Below, piece after piece: positions 9,128 through 19,490 of a stretch of 51,806 nt of DNA. Source of the DNA: Polynucleobacter sp. (GTDB lineage: Bacteria; Pseudomonadota; Gammaproteobacteria; Burkholderiales; Burkholderiaceae); contig JBILYO010000001.1 in the NCBI GenBank assembly GCA_044377685.1, positions 1-51,806 on the forward strand. Reading direction: 5' to 3'. The translations under genes and the position numbers were made by a program. Under the pieces are notes generated by a model that searched no databases, had not been told where the DNA came from, and saw nothing but the letters and a program-made list of their open reading frames with translations. Positions within the stretch are counted from its first letter, which is position 1. Every line of letters begins with the position of its first letter.

Positions 9128-10153
9128 ATGCTTAATGCGGCTGATCAAACTCTGATTCATGATCTAGTAGGCGCACCTTCGCTATCACAGCGACGTGCAC
9201 TTGCTAAGATCATCACCTTGCTTGAGTCCACTCGCTTAGATCACCGCAAGCGTGCAGATGAAGTACTTAATGCATTGCTCCCTAAAACAGGTAAATCATT
9301 TCGTATTGGAATTTCAGGTGTTCCGGGAGTGGGCAAGTCCACCCTAATTGAAACTCTAGGCCTCTATTTGATAGATAAAGGCCATCGAGTTGCCGTATTG
9401 GCGATTGATCCTTCATCTAGCCTATCAGGCGGATCTATTCTGGGCGATAAAACACGAATGGAACGCCTATCTGTTTTAGAAAACGCTTTTATTCGCCCTA
9501 GTCCATCATCGCTCACTCTGGGCGGCGTTGCTGAAAAAACTCGCGAAGCGATGTTAGTTGCTGAAGCCGCAGGATTTGATGTTGTCATTGTAGAAACCGT
9601 TGGGGTCGGTCAAAGTGAGATCGCCGTTTCAGGTATGACCGATATGTTTGTATTGCTCCAACTTCCTAATGCGGGAGATGACTTACAGGCAATCAAAAAA
9701 GGTGTCATGGAAATTGCCGATTTAATTGTCATCAATAAAGTCGATCTTGATCCCAATGCTGCAATGAGAGCCCAGGCATTTATCACTAGTTCTCTTCGCT
9801 TACTGGGTTTTCAGGGTAATCCTGATCATGCATCACACAATCAAGAGTTTTGGCATCCTATCGTGATGACAATGAGCGCACTCGAAGGTAAAGGCGTGCC
9901 AGAGTTGTGGGAAAAGATTATGCATTTTCAGCATTTACAAAAAACTAATGGCAAATTTGATGCGCGTCGTCAACAGCAAGCCGGTGCCTGGATGTGGGAT
10001 CGCATTGAGGCAGGCCTAAAAAATGCATTTCGAAACAATGTAGCGGTGCAAGAGTTGCTGCCTACCTTAAGCGCCCAAGTCAATCAAGGAACAATGACAG
10101 CGTCTGTAGCGGCAAGAAGGCTCTTGGAATCCATGGGCCATGAATTTTTCTAA
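9128..10153 (+). CDS. meaB: Methylmalonyl-CoA mutase-associated GTPase
   Basis: GVPGVGKST, DPSS..GGSILGDKTRM, ETVGVGQSE, NKVD. Confidence 0.95.
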   Translation: MLNAADQTLIHDLVGAPSLSQRRALAKIITLLESTRLDHRKRADEVLNALLPKTGKSFRIGISGVPGVGKSTLIETLGLYLIDKGHRVAVLAIDPSSSLSGGSILGDKTRMERLSVLENAFIRPSPSSLTLGGVAEKTREAMLVAEAAGFDVVIVETVGVGQSEIAVSGMTDMFVLLQLPNAGDDLQAIKKGVMEIADLIVINKVDLDPNAAMRAQAFITSSLRLLGFQGNPDHASHNQEFWHPIVMTMSALEGKGVPELWEKIMHFQHLQKTNGKFDARRQQQAGAWMWDRIEAGLKNAFRNNVAVQELLPTLSAQVNQGTMTASVAARRLLESMGHEFF

Positions 10154-10162
10154 GGAATAAAA

Positions 10163-11695
10163 ATGAAGGAAATCATTCAACAGCTAGAAGCCAAGCGTGA
10201 GCTTGCCCGCTTAGGCGGTGGTCAAAAAAGGATCCAGTCACAGCACGCTAAGGGGAAATTAACTGCACGTGAACGAATTGAGCTTCTTTTAGACGCCGGT
10301 ACTTTTGAAGAATGGGATATGTTTGTAGAGCACCGTTGCCATGATTTCGGCATGGGTGAACAAACCGTTCCAGGTGATGGCGTTGTTACTGGCTATGGAA
10401 TGATTAATGGTCGCTTGGTGTTTGTATTCTCACAAGACTTTACAGTCCTGGGAGGCTCTTTATCTGAAGCACATGCAGAAAAGATCTGCAAGATCATGGA
10501 TCAAGCTCTGAAAGTAGGTGCTCCAGTAATTGGATTAAATGATTCTGGTGGTGCACGCATACAAGAGGGCGTTGCATCTCTTGGTGGATATGCAGAAATT
10601 TTCCAGCGCAACGTTACTGCCTCTGGCGTTATACCGCAGATATCTTTAATTATGGGCCCATGCGCTGGTGGTGCAGTGTATTCACCCGCATTGACAGACT
10701 TCATCTTTATGGTGAAAGACAGTTCCTATATGTTTGTTACAGGACCTGAAGTGGTCAAGACGGTAACCCATGAAGATGTTACTGCCGAAGAGTTGGGTGG
10801 TGCAGTCACGCACTCTACGATATCCGGAGTCTGCGATCAGGCATTTGATAATGATGTTGATGCCATCATGATGCTGCGTCGCTTCTTTAACTACTTGCCA
10901 CTCTCAAATCGTGAAAAGCCACCATTAATTAAAGGTGCAAACCGCACCGAAGAACCTGATTTTTCCTTAGATACATTGGTACCATCCAATCCAAACCAAC
11001 CTTACGATATGAAAGAGTTGATTACAAAAATTGTGGATGATGGTGAATTTTTTGAGCTACAGCCCGATTATGCTAAAAATATTGTGATTGGTTTTGCTCG
11101 TATGGAAGGACGTTCAATAGGCGTTGTTGCTAACCAGCCTCTAGTACTGGCAGGTTGCTTAGACATTAAAGCATCCATCAAAGCAGCGCGCTTCGTTCGT
11201 TTTTGCGATGCTTTTAATATTCCGGTTGTGACCTTGGTAGATGTGCCTGGATTTATGCCAGGTACCGCCCAAGAATACGGAGGGATCATTAAACATGGCG
11301 CCAAATTACTTTATGCGTACGCTGATTGCACTGTGCCGAAGGTGACATTAATTACTCGAAAAGCGTACGGTGGTGCCTATGATGTGATGGCCTCTAAGCA
11401 TTTACGGGGTGATGTGAACTTTGCCTGGCCCTCTGCTGAGATTGCAGTAATGGGTCCGAAAGGTGCTGTAGAAATCATTTTCCGAGAAGAAAAATCAAAT
11501 CCAGAAAAGATTGCAGCACGTGAGCTGGAATATAAATCAAAATTTGCCAATCCTTTTGTTGCTGGTCGCAGAGGCTATATCGATGACGTCATCCTGCCGC
11601 ATGAAACTCGCAAGCGTATTGCTCGCTCTTTAGCGATGCTTAAGGATAAGGATTTAAAAAATCCAGCGCGTAAACACGGCAATATTCCTCTGTAA
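10163..11695 (+). CDS. pccB: Propionyl-CoA carboxylase beta subunit (carboxyltransferase)
   Basis: [47 protein letters not shown]. Confidence 0.93.
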   Translation: MKEIIQQLEAKRELARLGGGQKRIQSQHAKGKLTARERIELLLDAGTFEEWDMFVEHRCHDFGMGEQTVPGDGVVTGYGMINGRLVFVFSQDFTVLGGSLSEAHAEKICKIMDQALKVGAPVIGLNDSGGARIQEGVASLGGYAEIFQRNVTASGVIPQISLIMGPCAGGAVYSPALTDFIFMVKDSSYMFVTGPEVVKTVTHEDVTAEELGGAVTHSTISGVCDQAFDNDVDAIMMLRRFFNYLPLSNREKPPLIKGANRTEEPDFSLDTLVPSNPNQPYDMKELITKIVDDGEFFELQPDYAKNIVIGFARMEGRSIGVVANQPLVLAGCLDIKASIKAARFVRFCDAFNIPVVTLVDVPGFMPGTAQEYGGIIKHGAKLLYAYADCTVPKVTLITRKAYGGAYDVMASKHLRGDVNFAWPSAEIAVMGPKGAVEIIFREEKSNPEKIAARELEYKSKFANPFVAGRRGYIDDVILPHETRKRIARSLAMLKDKDLKNPARKHGNIPL

Positions 11696-11707
11696 AGGCG
11701 CCAAAAT

Positions 11708-13747
11708 ATGATGGCCACGAAAATGTTTAAGAAAATATTGATTGCTAACCGCGGCGAGATTGCATGCCGTGTAATGAAAACAGCCAAAAAGATGGGAATC
11801 AAAACGGTTGCGATTTATTCCGAGGCTGATAAAGAAGCCCGCCATGTGCAGCTTGCAGATGAAGCTGTTTTTATAGGACCAGCGCCTTCTCGTGAATCCT
11901 ACTTAGTGATAGATCGTATTATTCAAGCCTGTAAAGATACGGGTGCCGAAGCAGTCCACCCTGGTTATGGCTTCTTATCTGAAAATGAACAGTTTGCTAA
12001 ACGCTGCGAAGATGAAGGCATCGTCTTTATTGGCCCTAAGTATCAATCCATTGCGGCGATGGGTGACAAAATTGCCTCTAAGAAGCTTGCCATTGAAGCT
12101 AAGGTAAATACGATCCCTGGTCATAACGCAGCTATTGCTACTACTGAAGAGGCGCTCAAAATTGCCCAGGGCATTGGTTACCCTGTCATGATCAAAGCTT
12201 CAGCGGGAGGTGGTGGCAAGGGACTGCGTGTAGCTTCTAATGATCAAGAGGCTGCAGAAGGTTTTACTGCCTGCAAGACAGAGGCGATGAATAGTTTTGG
12301 CGATGATCGTATTTTCATTGAGAAATTCGTTGAAGGTCCGCGCCATATTGAAATTCAGGTATTGGGCGATTCACATGGCAATGTAGTTTATTTGAATGAG
12401 CGTGATTGCTCTATACAGCGCCGTCACCAAAAGGTCATCGAAGAAGCGCCTTCACCGTTTATCGATCCTGCTACCCGAAAAGCTATGGGCGAGCAAGCTG
12501 TAGCTTTGGCAAAAGCGGTGAACTATCAGTCAGCAGGCACTGTTGAGTTTGTGGTTGGCAAAGATAAATCTTTTTACTTTCTTGAAATGAATACCCGCTT
12601 GCAGGTAGAGCATCCAGTGACTGAGAGCATCACTGGCCTTGACTTAGTTGAGCAAATGATTCGGATAGCTGCAGGCGAGAAGTTGGCATTTAAACAGGAA
12701 GACGTTAAGCTCGATGGCTGGTCTATGGAATGCCGCATTAATGCAGATGATCCATTTCGCAACTTCTTACCATCGACCGGACGCCTGGTGAAATACCGCC
12801 CTCCAGAATCGATCAATGGGGTGCGCGTAGATACCGGCGTTTATGAGGGTGGCGAAATCCCAATGTATTACGACTCGATGATTGCTAAATTGATTGTGCA
12901 TGGCAAAGATCGTAGTGAAGCAATTCATAAAATGCGTGCGGCATTGAACGATTTTGTGATTCGTGGAATTCATTCCAATATCCCATTTCAGGCTGCTTTA
13001 TTACAACATCCCCGTTTTGTTTCGGGTGATTTCACAACTGGCTTTATTGCAGAGGAATATCCTGAGGGTTTTCAGAAGGACTCAGTACAACCGGCAGATC
13101 CAAAGCGGATGGCTGCTTTGGCTGCTTTTATGCGTTATCGCTATCTTGAGCATATCAAGATGATCGATGGGCAGTTAGCAGGCCATGAAATGGTGATTGC
13201 CAAGAAATTTGTAGTGGTTACTGGCTCCCAAGTTGGATCTATGAAAGATCCGTATGAAGTCCCTATTCGGGTAGAGCTCAAAGATAGCATCTACTCCATC
13301 TATATTGAAGAGCCTGATGGTGTTAGCCGTTATGACATCGTCAGTAATTGGCGACCAGGGCAAATTTGTCTTTACGCAACAATTAATGGCACTCAAAAAG
13401 TAACTGCCCAAGTTGAGCGTCGTGGGGTTAAATTTTTACTAGTATTAGATGGGGCACATTATGAATGTATGGTTTTAAGCCCCTTAGGTGCTGAGCTGCA
13501 ACGTCGAATGCCAGTAAAATTACCCCCTGATACCTCTAAATTAGTGATGTCTCCTATGCCAGGACTTCTCACTAAGATGGCTGTCAAGGTTGGCGATATT
13601 GTTACTGGTGGTCAGAAATTAGCCTCAATTGAAGCCATGAAAATGGAGAATACAATCTCTGCCATTCAGGATGGAGTGGTCGCTGAAGTTTGCGCTAAAG
13701 AGGGCGACAGTTTGGCGGTCGATCAGTTAATCCTGCGCTTCAAATAA
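11708..13747 (+). CDS. pccA: Propionyl-CoA carboxylase alpha subunit (biotin carboxylase + biotin carrier)
   Basis: [32 protein letters not shown], biotinyl motif EAMKM; operon context. Confidence 0.92.
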   Translation: MMATKMFKKILIANRGEIACRVMKTAKKMGIKTVAIYSEADKEARHVQLADEAVFIGPAPSRESYLVIDRIIQACKDTGAEAVHPGYGFLSENEQFAKRCEDEGIVFIGPKYQSIAAMGDKIASKKLAIEAKVNTIPGHNAAIATTEEALKIAQGIGYPVMIKASAGGGGKGLRVASNDQEAAEGFTACKTEAMNSFGDDRIFIEKFVEGPRHIEIQVLGDSHGNVVYLNERDCSIQRRHQKVIEEAPSPFIDPATRKAMGEQAVALAKAVNYQSAGTVEFVVGKDKSFYFLEMNTRLQVEHPVTESITGLDLVEQMIRIAAGEKLAFKQEDVKLDGWSMECRINADDPFRNFLPSTGRLVKYRPPESINGVRVDTGVYEGGEIPMYYDSMIAKLIVHGKDRSEAIHKMRAALNDFVIRGIHSNIPFQAALLQHPRFVSGDFTTGFIAEEYPEGFQKDSVQPADPKRMAALAAFMRYRYLEHIKMIDGQLAGHEMVIAKKFVVVTGSQVGSMKDPYEVPIRVELKDSIYSIYIEEPDGVSRYDIVSNWRPGQICLYATINGTQKVTAQVERRGVKFLLVLDGAHYECMVLSPLGAELQRRMPVKLPPDTSKLVMSPMPGLLTKMAVKVGDIVTGGQKLASIEAMKMENTISAIQDGVVAEVCAKEGDSLAVDQLILRFK

Positions 13748-13758
13748 CAGAGGATAGT

Positions 13759-14259
13759 ATGTCAGATAAAAACCTTAAGCCCTTCAAGATTTTGGGAGTT
13801 CAGCAAATTGCTATTGGTGGCGAGGATAAAGAACGTCTCAAAAAATTATGGATTGATCTTTTGGGCTTTCAATTTAAAAGCACTTTTGTCTCTGAGCGCG
13901 AAAATGTTGATGAAGATATTTGCTCTATCGGAACAGGCGTTAATGAAATTGAAGTAGATTTAATGCAACCGCTTGATATTGAGAAAAAGCCTGCAGTTCA
14001 TCAGACCCCTCTTAATCACATTGGTTTATGGGTTGATGATTTGCCAAAGGCAGTTGAATGGCTGACCGCTAAGGGCTTGCGTTTTGCTCCAGGCGGTATT
14101 CGAAGAGGAGCCGGTGGTTTTGATATCACTTTCGTACATCCCAAAGCCAATGATGAATTTCCTTTTAGTGGTGAAGGTGTATTGATCGAGTTAGTGCAAG
14201 CGCCCCCAGAAGTCATTGCGGGATTAAGATCATCATCTCCACTTGCCTCCAAAATATAA
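13759..14259 (+). CDS. VOC/glyoxalase-fold protein, probable methylmalonyl-CoA epimerase
   Basis: [24 protein letters not shown]; last gene of the mutase/PCC operon. Confidence 0.75.
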   Translation: MSDKNLKPFKILGVQQIAIGGEDKERLKKLWIDLLGFQFKSTFVSERENVDEDICSIGTGVNEIEVDLMQPLDIEKKPAVHQTPLNHIGLWVDDLPKAVEWLTAKGLRFAPGGIRRGAGGFDITFVHPKANDEFPFSGEGVLIELVQAPPEVIAGLRSSSPLASKI

Positions 14260-14268
14260 GAGCTTGAA

Positions 14269-15006
14269 TTGACACGTATATTAGCTATCGATACCTCATC
14301 TGCTTGGTGTTCGGTGGCTTTGAGTTTGGATGACAATGAACCGCTATTTCGGCATGAGCCGGTTTCTGCTGGTGCCAGCCAATTGTTGCTGCCTTGGATC
14401 GAAGAGATACTGATTAATGCAGATATATCTTTACATGATTTAGATGCCATCGCTATTGGAGTAGGCCCCGGAGCATTTACGGGCATCCGTTTAGGCCTTG
14501 CTGTAGCGCAAGGACTGGCAATCAGCTCACGACTACCAGTGCTGCCGGTAGCTAGCTTAGATGCGATTGCTTCACAGCTTGTTTTATCCTCTCAATTTAA
14601 ATCAAGCCATGCCAGTATTTTTGCTGTTGCAGTAGATGCTCGTATGGATGAGATTTACTGGGCCAAATACCAAACGACCTCTCTAGGATTACCTTCCAGG
14701 CTTGGTAATATTCAACTAACAAAGCCTGAAAAAATAGAGTTAAGCGGTGTTCAATTTATTGCTGGTAGTGCTATCAATGAATATGGTGAGCGACTTTTCA
14801 CGTCCAATTCTTCAAAGCTTTCTACACCATTTCTTGATAAAAATATTGGTATATCTGCTCTCGGAGTATTAGATTGCGGAAAAAAAGACTTGTTAGATGG
14901 CAAACAAATCGATATCTCTGATCTAGAGCCGCTGTATGTTCGAAATAAAGTAGCTTTCACTACTGAGGAGCGCTCAATACTTTATAAAGCCGAGATAACA
15001 CGCTGA
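14269..15006 (+). CDS. tsaB: tRNA t6A biosynthesis protein TsaB
   Basis: ILAIDTSS, GPGAFTGIR, DARMDEIY, EPLYVR; TTG start. Confidence 0.94.
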   Translation: MTRILAIDTSSAWCSVALSLDDNEPLFRHEPVSAGASQLLLPWIEEILINADISLHDLDAIAIGVGPGAFTGIRLGLAVAQGLAISSRLPVLPVASLDAIASQLVLSSQFKSSHASIFAVAVDARMDEIYWAKYQTTSLGLPSRLGNIQLTKPEKIELSGVQFIAGSAINEYGERLFTSNSSKLSTPFLDKNIGISALGVLDCGKKDLLDGKQIDISDLEPLYVRNKVAFTTEERSILYKAEITR

Positions 15007-15542
15007 TGTCAAGCCAAGATCACTCTTTAATCGATGGTGTTGCTGAACTCTCATTCATGCCAATGCAAATAGCAGATTTAGATGCTGTTTTAAAAATAGA
15101 ATTGGTTTCTCATATACATCCATGGACCAGTGGGAATTTTCATGATTCATTAAAAGCTGGGCATTGGGCTTATTGCATTCGCCCTCAAGTAGATCAAGCG
15201 ATAAAGGGTAGTTTTTTAGATCCCAATGCACTTTGGGCGTATTGCATCTTATATCCTGCAGTTGATGAGTTGCATTTGTTAAATATTACCGTTTCACCAA
15301 ATCTGCGTAAGCTAGGATTAGGTAGCAGAATGATGGCCGCGATTGAAGGTGTAGCTGCAGGACAAAATATTCCCAGAATCATTCTGGAGGTAAGGCCTTC
15401 AAATATTGCTGCCGTCAATCTTTATCAAAAATTAGCTTATGAGCAAATTGGTCTTCGCAAAGCTTACTATCCAGCCGATGCTATTACGGGATCTCGCGAA
15501 GACGCTCTGGTTTTGGCAAAATCGATTAAGCTTGAGATATGA
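15006..15542 (+). CDS. rimI: Ribosomal protein S18 alanine N-acetyltransferase
   Basis: HPWT, HLLNITV.P..RKLGLG, LEVRPSN..A..LY, RKAYY, EDALV; follows tsaB. Confidence 0.93.
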   Translation: MSSQDHSLIDGVAELSFMPMQIADLDAVLKIELVSHIHPWTSGNFHDSLKAGHWAYCIRPQVDQAIKGSFLDPNALWAYCILYPAVDELHLLNITVSPNLRKLGLGSRMMAAIEGVAAGQNIPRIILEVRPSNIAAVNLYQKLAYEQIGLRKAYYPADAITGSREDALVLAKSIKLEI

Positions 15543-16069
15543 GCAATACAAACGCTAGCTTTCTAAAAGAAATGGGAATCACTGCATGGCAGAGCCGTGA
15601 TTCATCTAGTCATCTAGAGATCTCTGAAACGCCTGTTGAGCAGATATCAAAATCAGATGACTCACCTGCAGCAGATATTACCGCTCGTTACCAATGGTGC
15701 TTCTTTGGCGATCCAGTTCAAGGTGATGCGCAATTACTTTTTCAGAATATTGTGCGCCTCTTGGAATTAGCCCCTCATGAATGGCTATGGGTAAAACCAT
15801 CGGAAAAGTTAGGCCTTTTGGATAAGATTAAGCCCAATTTTCCGACCGTTGCGATTGCTTTTGGCGGGCCGGCAATTCAGAAGATCACTGGGGAGCGTGA
15901 TTCATTATCTCAACTGCGCGAGACTGTATTGTCTTTGAATGGCGAGGGTCTTGAAGACATTCCGGTGCTGGCCACGTTTGATTTGCCACATCTTTTGAGT
16001 AGACCAAAAGACAAAGCTTTGCTTTGGCAGGATATGCTATTGGCAAAATCGGTGCTCTTGAATCTTTAA
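15539..16069 (+). CDS. Hypothetical protein resembling DNA Pol III psi (HolD) and a degenerate family-4 uracil-DNA glycosylase
   Basis: N-terminal FLKEMGITAW and C-terminal ATFDLPHLLSRPKDKALLWQDM; ATGA overlap with rimI. Confidence 0.6.
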   Translation: MSNTNASFLKEMGITAWQSRDSSSHLEISETPVEQISKSDDSPAADITARYQWCFFGDPVQGDAQLLFQNIVRLLELAPHEWLWVKPSEKLGLLDKIKPNFPTVAIAFGGPAIQKITGERDSLSQLRETVLSLNGEGLEDIPVLATFDLPHLLSRPKDKALLWQDMLLAKSVLLNL

Positions 16070-16088
16070 AAATAGTTACTGCAGTCTT

Positions 16089-17408
16089 TCAGTGCTTATG
16101 CTCACCAATAAGATGCATTGAATCATATTCCGCCTGATTTCTAGCATGGCGTTTAATGACTAACCACATAATGGCGCTGACTGTTACTCCAAAACCAATG
16201 ATGACATATTGGATCGGTACATCAAGCCAAATCAGCAGGGAATAGACAAGTAGCATGGTGAGAACAGAAATATTTTCATTAAAGTTCTGAACTGCAATCG
16301 AGTGCCCAGCCGACATCAGAACATGGCCTCGATGTTGCAGTAGAGCGTTCATGGGCACAACAAAGTAACCAGCTAACCAGCCGACTAAAATTAGAAGAAA
16401 ATAGGCGGGCAATAAGTTTAATGAGAGTTCAAATTTACCTACCGTCATAATGGTGGTATTAGGCAGCATATCGCTGTGATAGATGGCCAATAAACAGACG
16501 ATCAATCCCATGACTACGCCATATGGCAGGACATTTAATGAATTACGTAAAGGAATGCGCGAGGCCGCCCAAACTGCACCACCTGCTACTCCAACCGCCG
16601 AAATAGCTTGCAGGATCGCACCTTGAGAGAGATTCATATTCAAAGCGACTTGAGCCCACTTAATGACGATGAACTGTAAAGTAGCTCCGGCACCCCAAAA
16701 CAATGTGGTAACAGCCAAGGAGATTTGACCTAAGCGATCATTCCAAAGGGTCTTAAAACAGATTGAGAAATCCTTGATCAGTTCAATAGGATTCGTTTTT
16801 TGAGAAACATAGCGCGCGCCAGTATCAGGAATTTTAAGATTAATGAGTGCTGCAATGACATAAATCATCATGATGATCATGATGGCAGATTCAGCAGGGG
16901 TATCAATGCCTGTTTCTAAAACAGGGATATCAAAAGATAAAAGACTTTGAGAAACAGTGCTACTAATAAGGACCCCACCTAATACAGTACCCAAAATAAT
17001 GGAGCCCACTGTTAAGCCTTCAATCCAACCATTGGCAGCAACCAATTTTTCAGGGGGAAGCAATTCTGTCAAAATTCCATACTTGGCAGGAGAGTATGCA
17101 GCTGCACCAAGACCAACAATGGCATAAGACAGTAAAGGGTGACTACCAAATAGCATGGCGACGCAACCAACAAACTTGATCGTGTTTGTGATGAACATGA
17201 CATTGCCTTTAGGACGGGAATCTGCAAAGGCGCCGACAAACGCAGCCAGCACTACATAAGACAATACAAAGAACAATTTGAGCAGCGGCGTCATCCAGGC
17301 CGGAGCATTGAGCTGGATCAATAGGGCAATAGCCGCTATTAGAAGAGCATTATCAGCAAGCGACGAAAAAAATTGCGCCGCCATAATGGTGTAAAAACTG
17401 CGGTTCAT
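16089..17408 (-). CDS. lplT: Lysophospholipid transporter (MFS)
   Basis: AQFFSSLADNALL, YSPAKYGILTE, VPMNALLQHRG, IAVQNFNEN. Confidence 0.93.
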   Translation of the reverse strand: MNRSFYTIMAAQFFSSLADNALLIAAIALLIQLNAPAWMTPLLKLFFVLSYVVLAAFVGAFADSRPKGNVMFITNTIKFVGCVAMLFGSHPLLSYAIVGLGAAAYSPAKYGILTELLPPEKLVAANGWIEGLTVGSIILGTVLGGVLISSTVSQSLLSFDIPVLETGIDTPAESAIMIIMMIYVIAALINLKIPDTGARYVSQKTNPIELIKDFSICFKTLWNDRLGQISLAVTTLFWGAGATLQFIVIKWAQVALNMNLSQGAILQAISAVGVAGGAVWAASRIPLRNSLNVLPYGVVMGLIVCLLAIYHSDMLPNTTIMTVGKFELSLNLLPAYFLLILVGWLAGYFVVPMNALLQHRGHVLMSAGHSIAVQNFNENISVLTMLLVYSLLIWLDVPIQYVIIGFGVTVSAIMWLVIKRHARNQAEYDSMHLIGEHKH

Positions 17409-17457
17409 TCGTACAATCTAGTCATTAATGTAATTAAAGCATGAAAGGGGGGTAAAA

Positions 17458-18582
17458 ATGGGTAGTCCAGCTGATTCTCTAATCAATAGACCAATTGTGG
17501 CATCCATTTACACCGAGGCCTTTCGACACAATTTAAACAGAGTTCGCGAGTTAGCTCCCGAATCTAAGATTTGGTCTGTCATCAAGGCTAGGGCCTATGG
17601 CAACTGTTTTGATGCTGCCATTATCGGTTTAGCCTCTACTGATGGCTTTGCCTTACTGGATATAGCGGATGCACGTTGGCTGAGGGAACATGGCTGGAAT
17701 GGTCGTATTTTGCTGTTAGAAGGCCTTTTTCATGAGAATGAAATAAAAATCGCCCAAGAATTAGGCTGTGATCTTGTGGTTCATTGTGAGGCCCAAGTTC
17801 AATGGCTAGAGCAATTTGAAGGTAAAGCCCATAAGCCCTTTAATGTCTTTTTGAAGATGAATTCCGGCATGAACCGACTCGGATTTAAACCGCCTAGCTA
17901 TCGAACCGCTTTTCATCGCCTTCACAGTGCGGGATATCACATGCACCATATGACCCATTTTGCCAATGCAGATCAGGTTGATCAGCAACCTTCGGTTGGT
18001 AATCAAATGGAGATTTTTAGTCAAACGATTGATGGTTTAGAGGCTCCAACATCTTTAGCTAATTCTGCGGCTATTTTGTGGCACCGAAATGCACTGGGGG
18101 ATTGGGTACGACCCGGCATCATGCTTTATGGTGCATCTCCAACTGGTAACTTTAGTGATATTAAGAATGCAAAATTAAACGCAGTTATGCATCTACATAG
18201 TGAAATTATTGATATTCAAGAGCTGGAAAAAGGTGATCGAATTGGTTATGGTGGTCGCTATTTAGCACCAGAAGCAATGAGGATTGGAATAGTAGCCTGT
18301 GGCTACGCCGATGGTTATCCACGTCATGCTAAAGATGGCACGCCGGTTTGGGTCTTTAATGCTAGAGACGATGGTAGCGGTCTAGTCTGCCCAATTGTGG
18401 GTCGCGTATCGATGGATATGTTAGCGATTGATCTTCGTCAAGCACCCAATGCTGCAATTGGAACGGCAGTCGAGTTATGGGGTGAGCAAGTGCCAGTAGA
18501 TGATGTTGCACAAATGAGTGGCACGATCGGGTATGAGTTACTGTGCGCAGTCGCACCCCGAGTGCCTGTTGTCATTAAATAA
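17458..18582 (+). CDS. alr: Alanine racemase
   Basis: VIKARAYG (PLP lysine), SGMNRLG, RPGIMLYG, GYADGYPR, GRVSMD, TIGYELLC. Confidence 0.95.
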   Translation: MGSPADSLINRPIVASIYTEAFRHNLNRVRELAPESKIWSVIKARAYGNCFDAAIIGLASTDGFALLDIADARWLREHGWNGRILLLEGLFHENEIKIAQELGCDLVVHCEAQVQWLEQFEGKAHKPFNVFLKMNSGMNRLGFKPPSYRTAFHRLHSAGYHMHHMTHFANADQVDQQPSVGNQMEIFSQTIDGLEAPTSLANSAAILWHRNALGDWVRPGIMLYGASPTGNFSDIKNAKLNAVMHLHSEIIDIQELEKGDRIGYGGRYLAPEAMRIGIVACGYADGYPRHAKDGTPVWVFNARDDGSGLVCPIVGRVSMDMLAIDLRQAPNAAIGTAVELWGEQVPVDDVAQMSGTIGYELLCAVAPRVPVVIK

Positions 18583-19470
18583 TTATTGATTCCAAATTTG
18601 CCACCATTTACGCTCTTTTTTGCTACGCATACCAGTCTGAAGCATAGGGCTATCAGGAAAATTTAACTTGAATACTCGCGCAGTATCGTTACTTAATTCG
18701 ACCATACCCAGTTTTTCATATGATTTATAGAGTATGTAAAGTGCTTCTTCAACTGCTGGGGCACGATCATAATCACGAATCGCTAGCTGAGCGCGATTAG
18801 CAGAAGCTAAATAAGCGCCTCTTTGATAGTAAAAGCGAGCGACGATCACATCAGCTTCGGCTAAAGAGTTAACGATATAGCGCATCCGATCCAAGGCGTC
18901 TGGCGCATATTTACTATTAGGGAAGCGTTCCACCACAACCTTGAAGGACTCAAATGCATCTTTTGCTGCTTTTGGGTCACGCTCACTGAGATCTTGACCA
19001 GTAAATTTACCCAACCATCCTAGATCATCATTAAATGTAATGAGACCCTTTAGATAGTATGCGTAATCTAAATTCTCATTGCCCTGGTGTAATTTGATAA
19101 AGCGATCAATTGCTACCAAGGCTTGGACTGTTTCTTGCGCCTTCCAGTAGCAATAAGCGCCATTAATTTGTGCTTGTTGAGAATATGGGCCAAAAGGAAA
19201 CCTCGCCTCTAATTTTTCAAAGTACTTACCGCACTTAGCAAAATCGGCACTGTTGAGTTTCTCGGTCGCCTCAGAATAAAGTTTAGTTTCTGACCAAATA
19301 TCAGTATCGTCTTTTTGACCTTCGCTACCGGCACAAGCACTTAACATCATGATCGCCAAAAAACTGATTAAAAATAGAGCATAAGAAGAGAAGCTAGCAG
19401 GTAAGGGAGATTTTGGTGGTGCAGATTTCACAGTAAGCCTTAAACTGGCGTCTGAAACTATGTCGGACAT
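18583..19470 (-). CDS. bamD: Outer membrane protein assembly lipoprotein BamD
   Basis: Lipobox LSAC, RFPFGPYS, DYAYYLKGL, RFPNSKYA, WWQIW; divergent from rluD. ATG at 19470. Confidence 0.93.
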   Translation of the reverse strand: MSDIVSDASLRLTVKSAPPKSPLPASFSSYALFLISFLAIMMLSACAGSEGQKDDTDIWSETKLYSEATEKLNSADFAKCGKYFEKLEARFPFGPYSQQAQINGAYCYWKAQETVQALVAIDRFIKLHQGNENLDYAYYLKGLITFNDDLGWLGKFTGQDLSERDPKAAKDAFESFKVVVERFPNSKYAPDALDRMRYIVNSLAEADVIVARFYYQRGAYLASANRAQLAIRDYDRAPAVEEALYILYKSYEKLGMVELSNDTARVFKLNFPDSPMLQTGMRSKKERKWWQIWNQ

Positions 19471-19490
19471 AACTAAAAGGCTTCTTAAGC

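Noticed and set aside
14016-14486. 156-aa antisense ORF, and the many other 60-130 aa ORFs overlapping core genes
   Set aside because: They lie opposite or out of frame within well-supported genes, have no recognisable motifs, and are typical shadow ORFs.
18578-18590. alr and bamD stop codons abut with zero gap
   Set aside because: Real, but explained by genome compaction; no terminator or other structure is visible.
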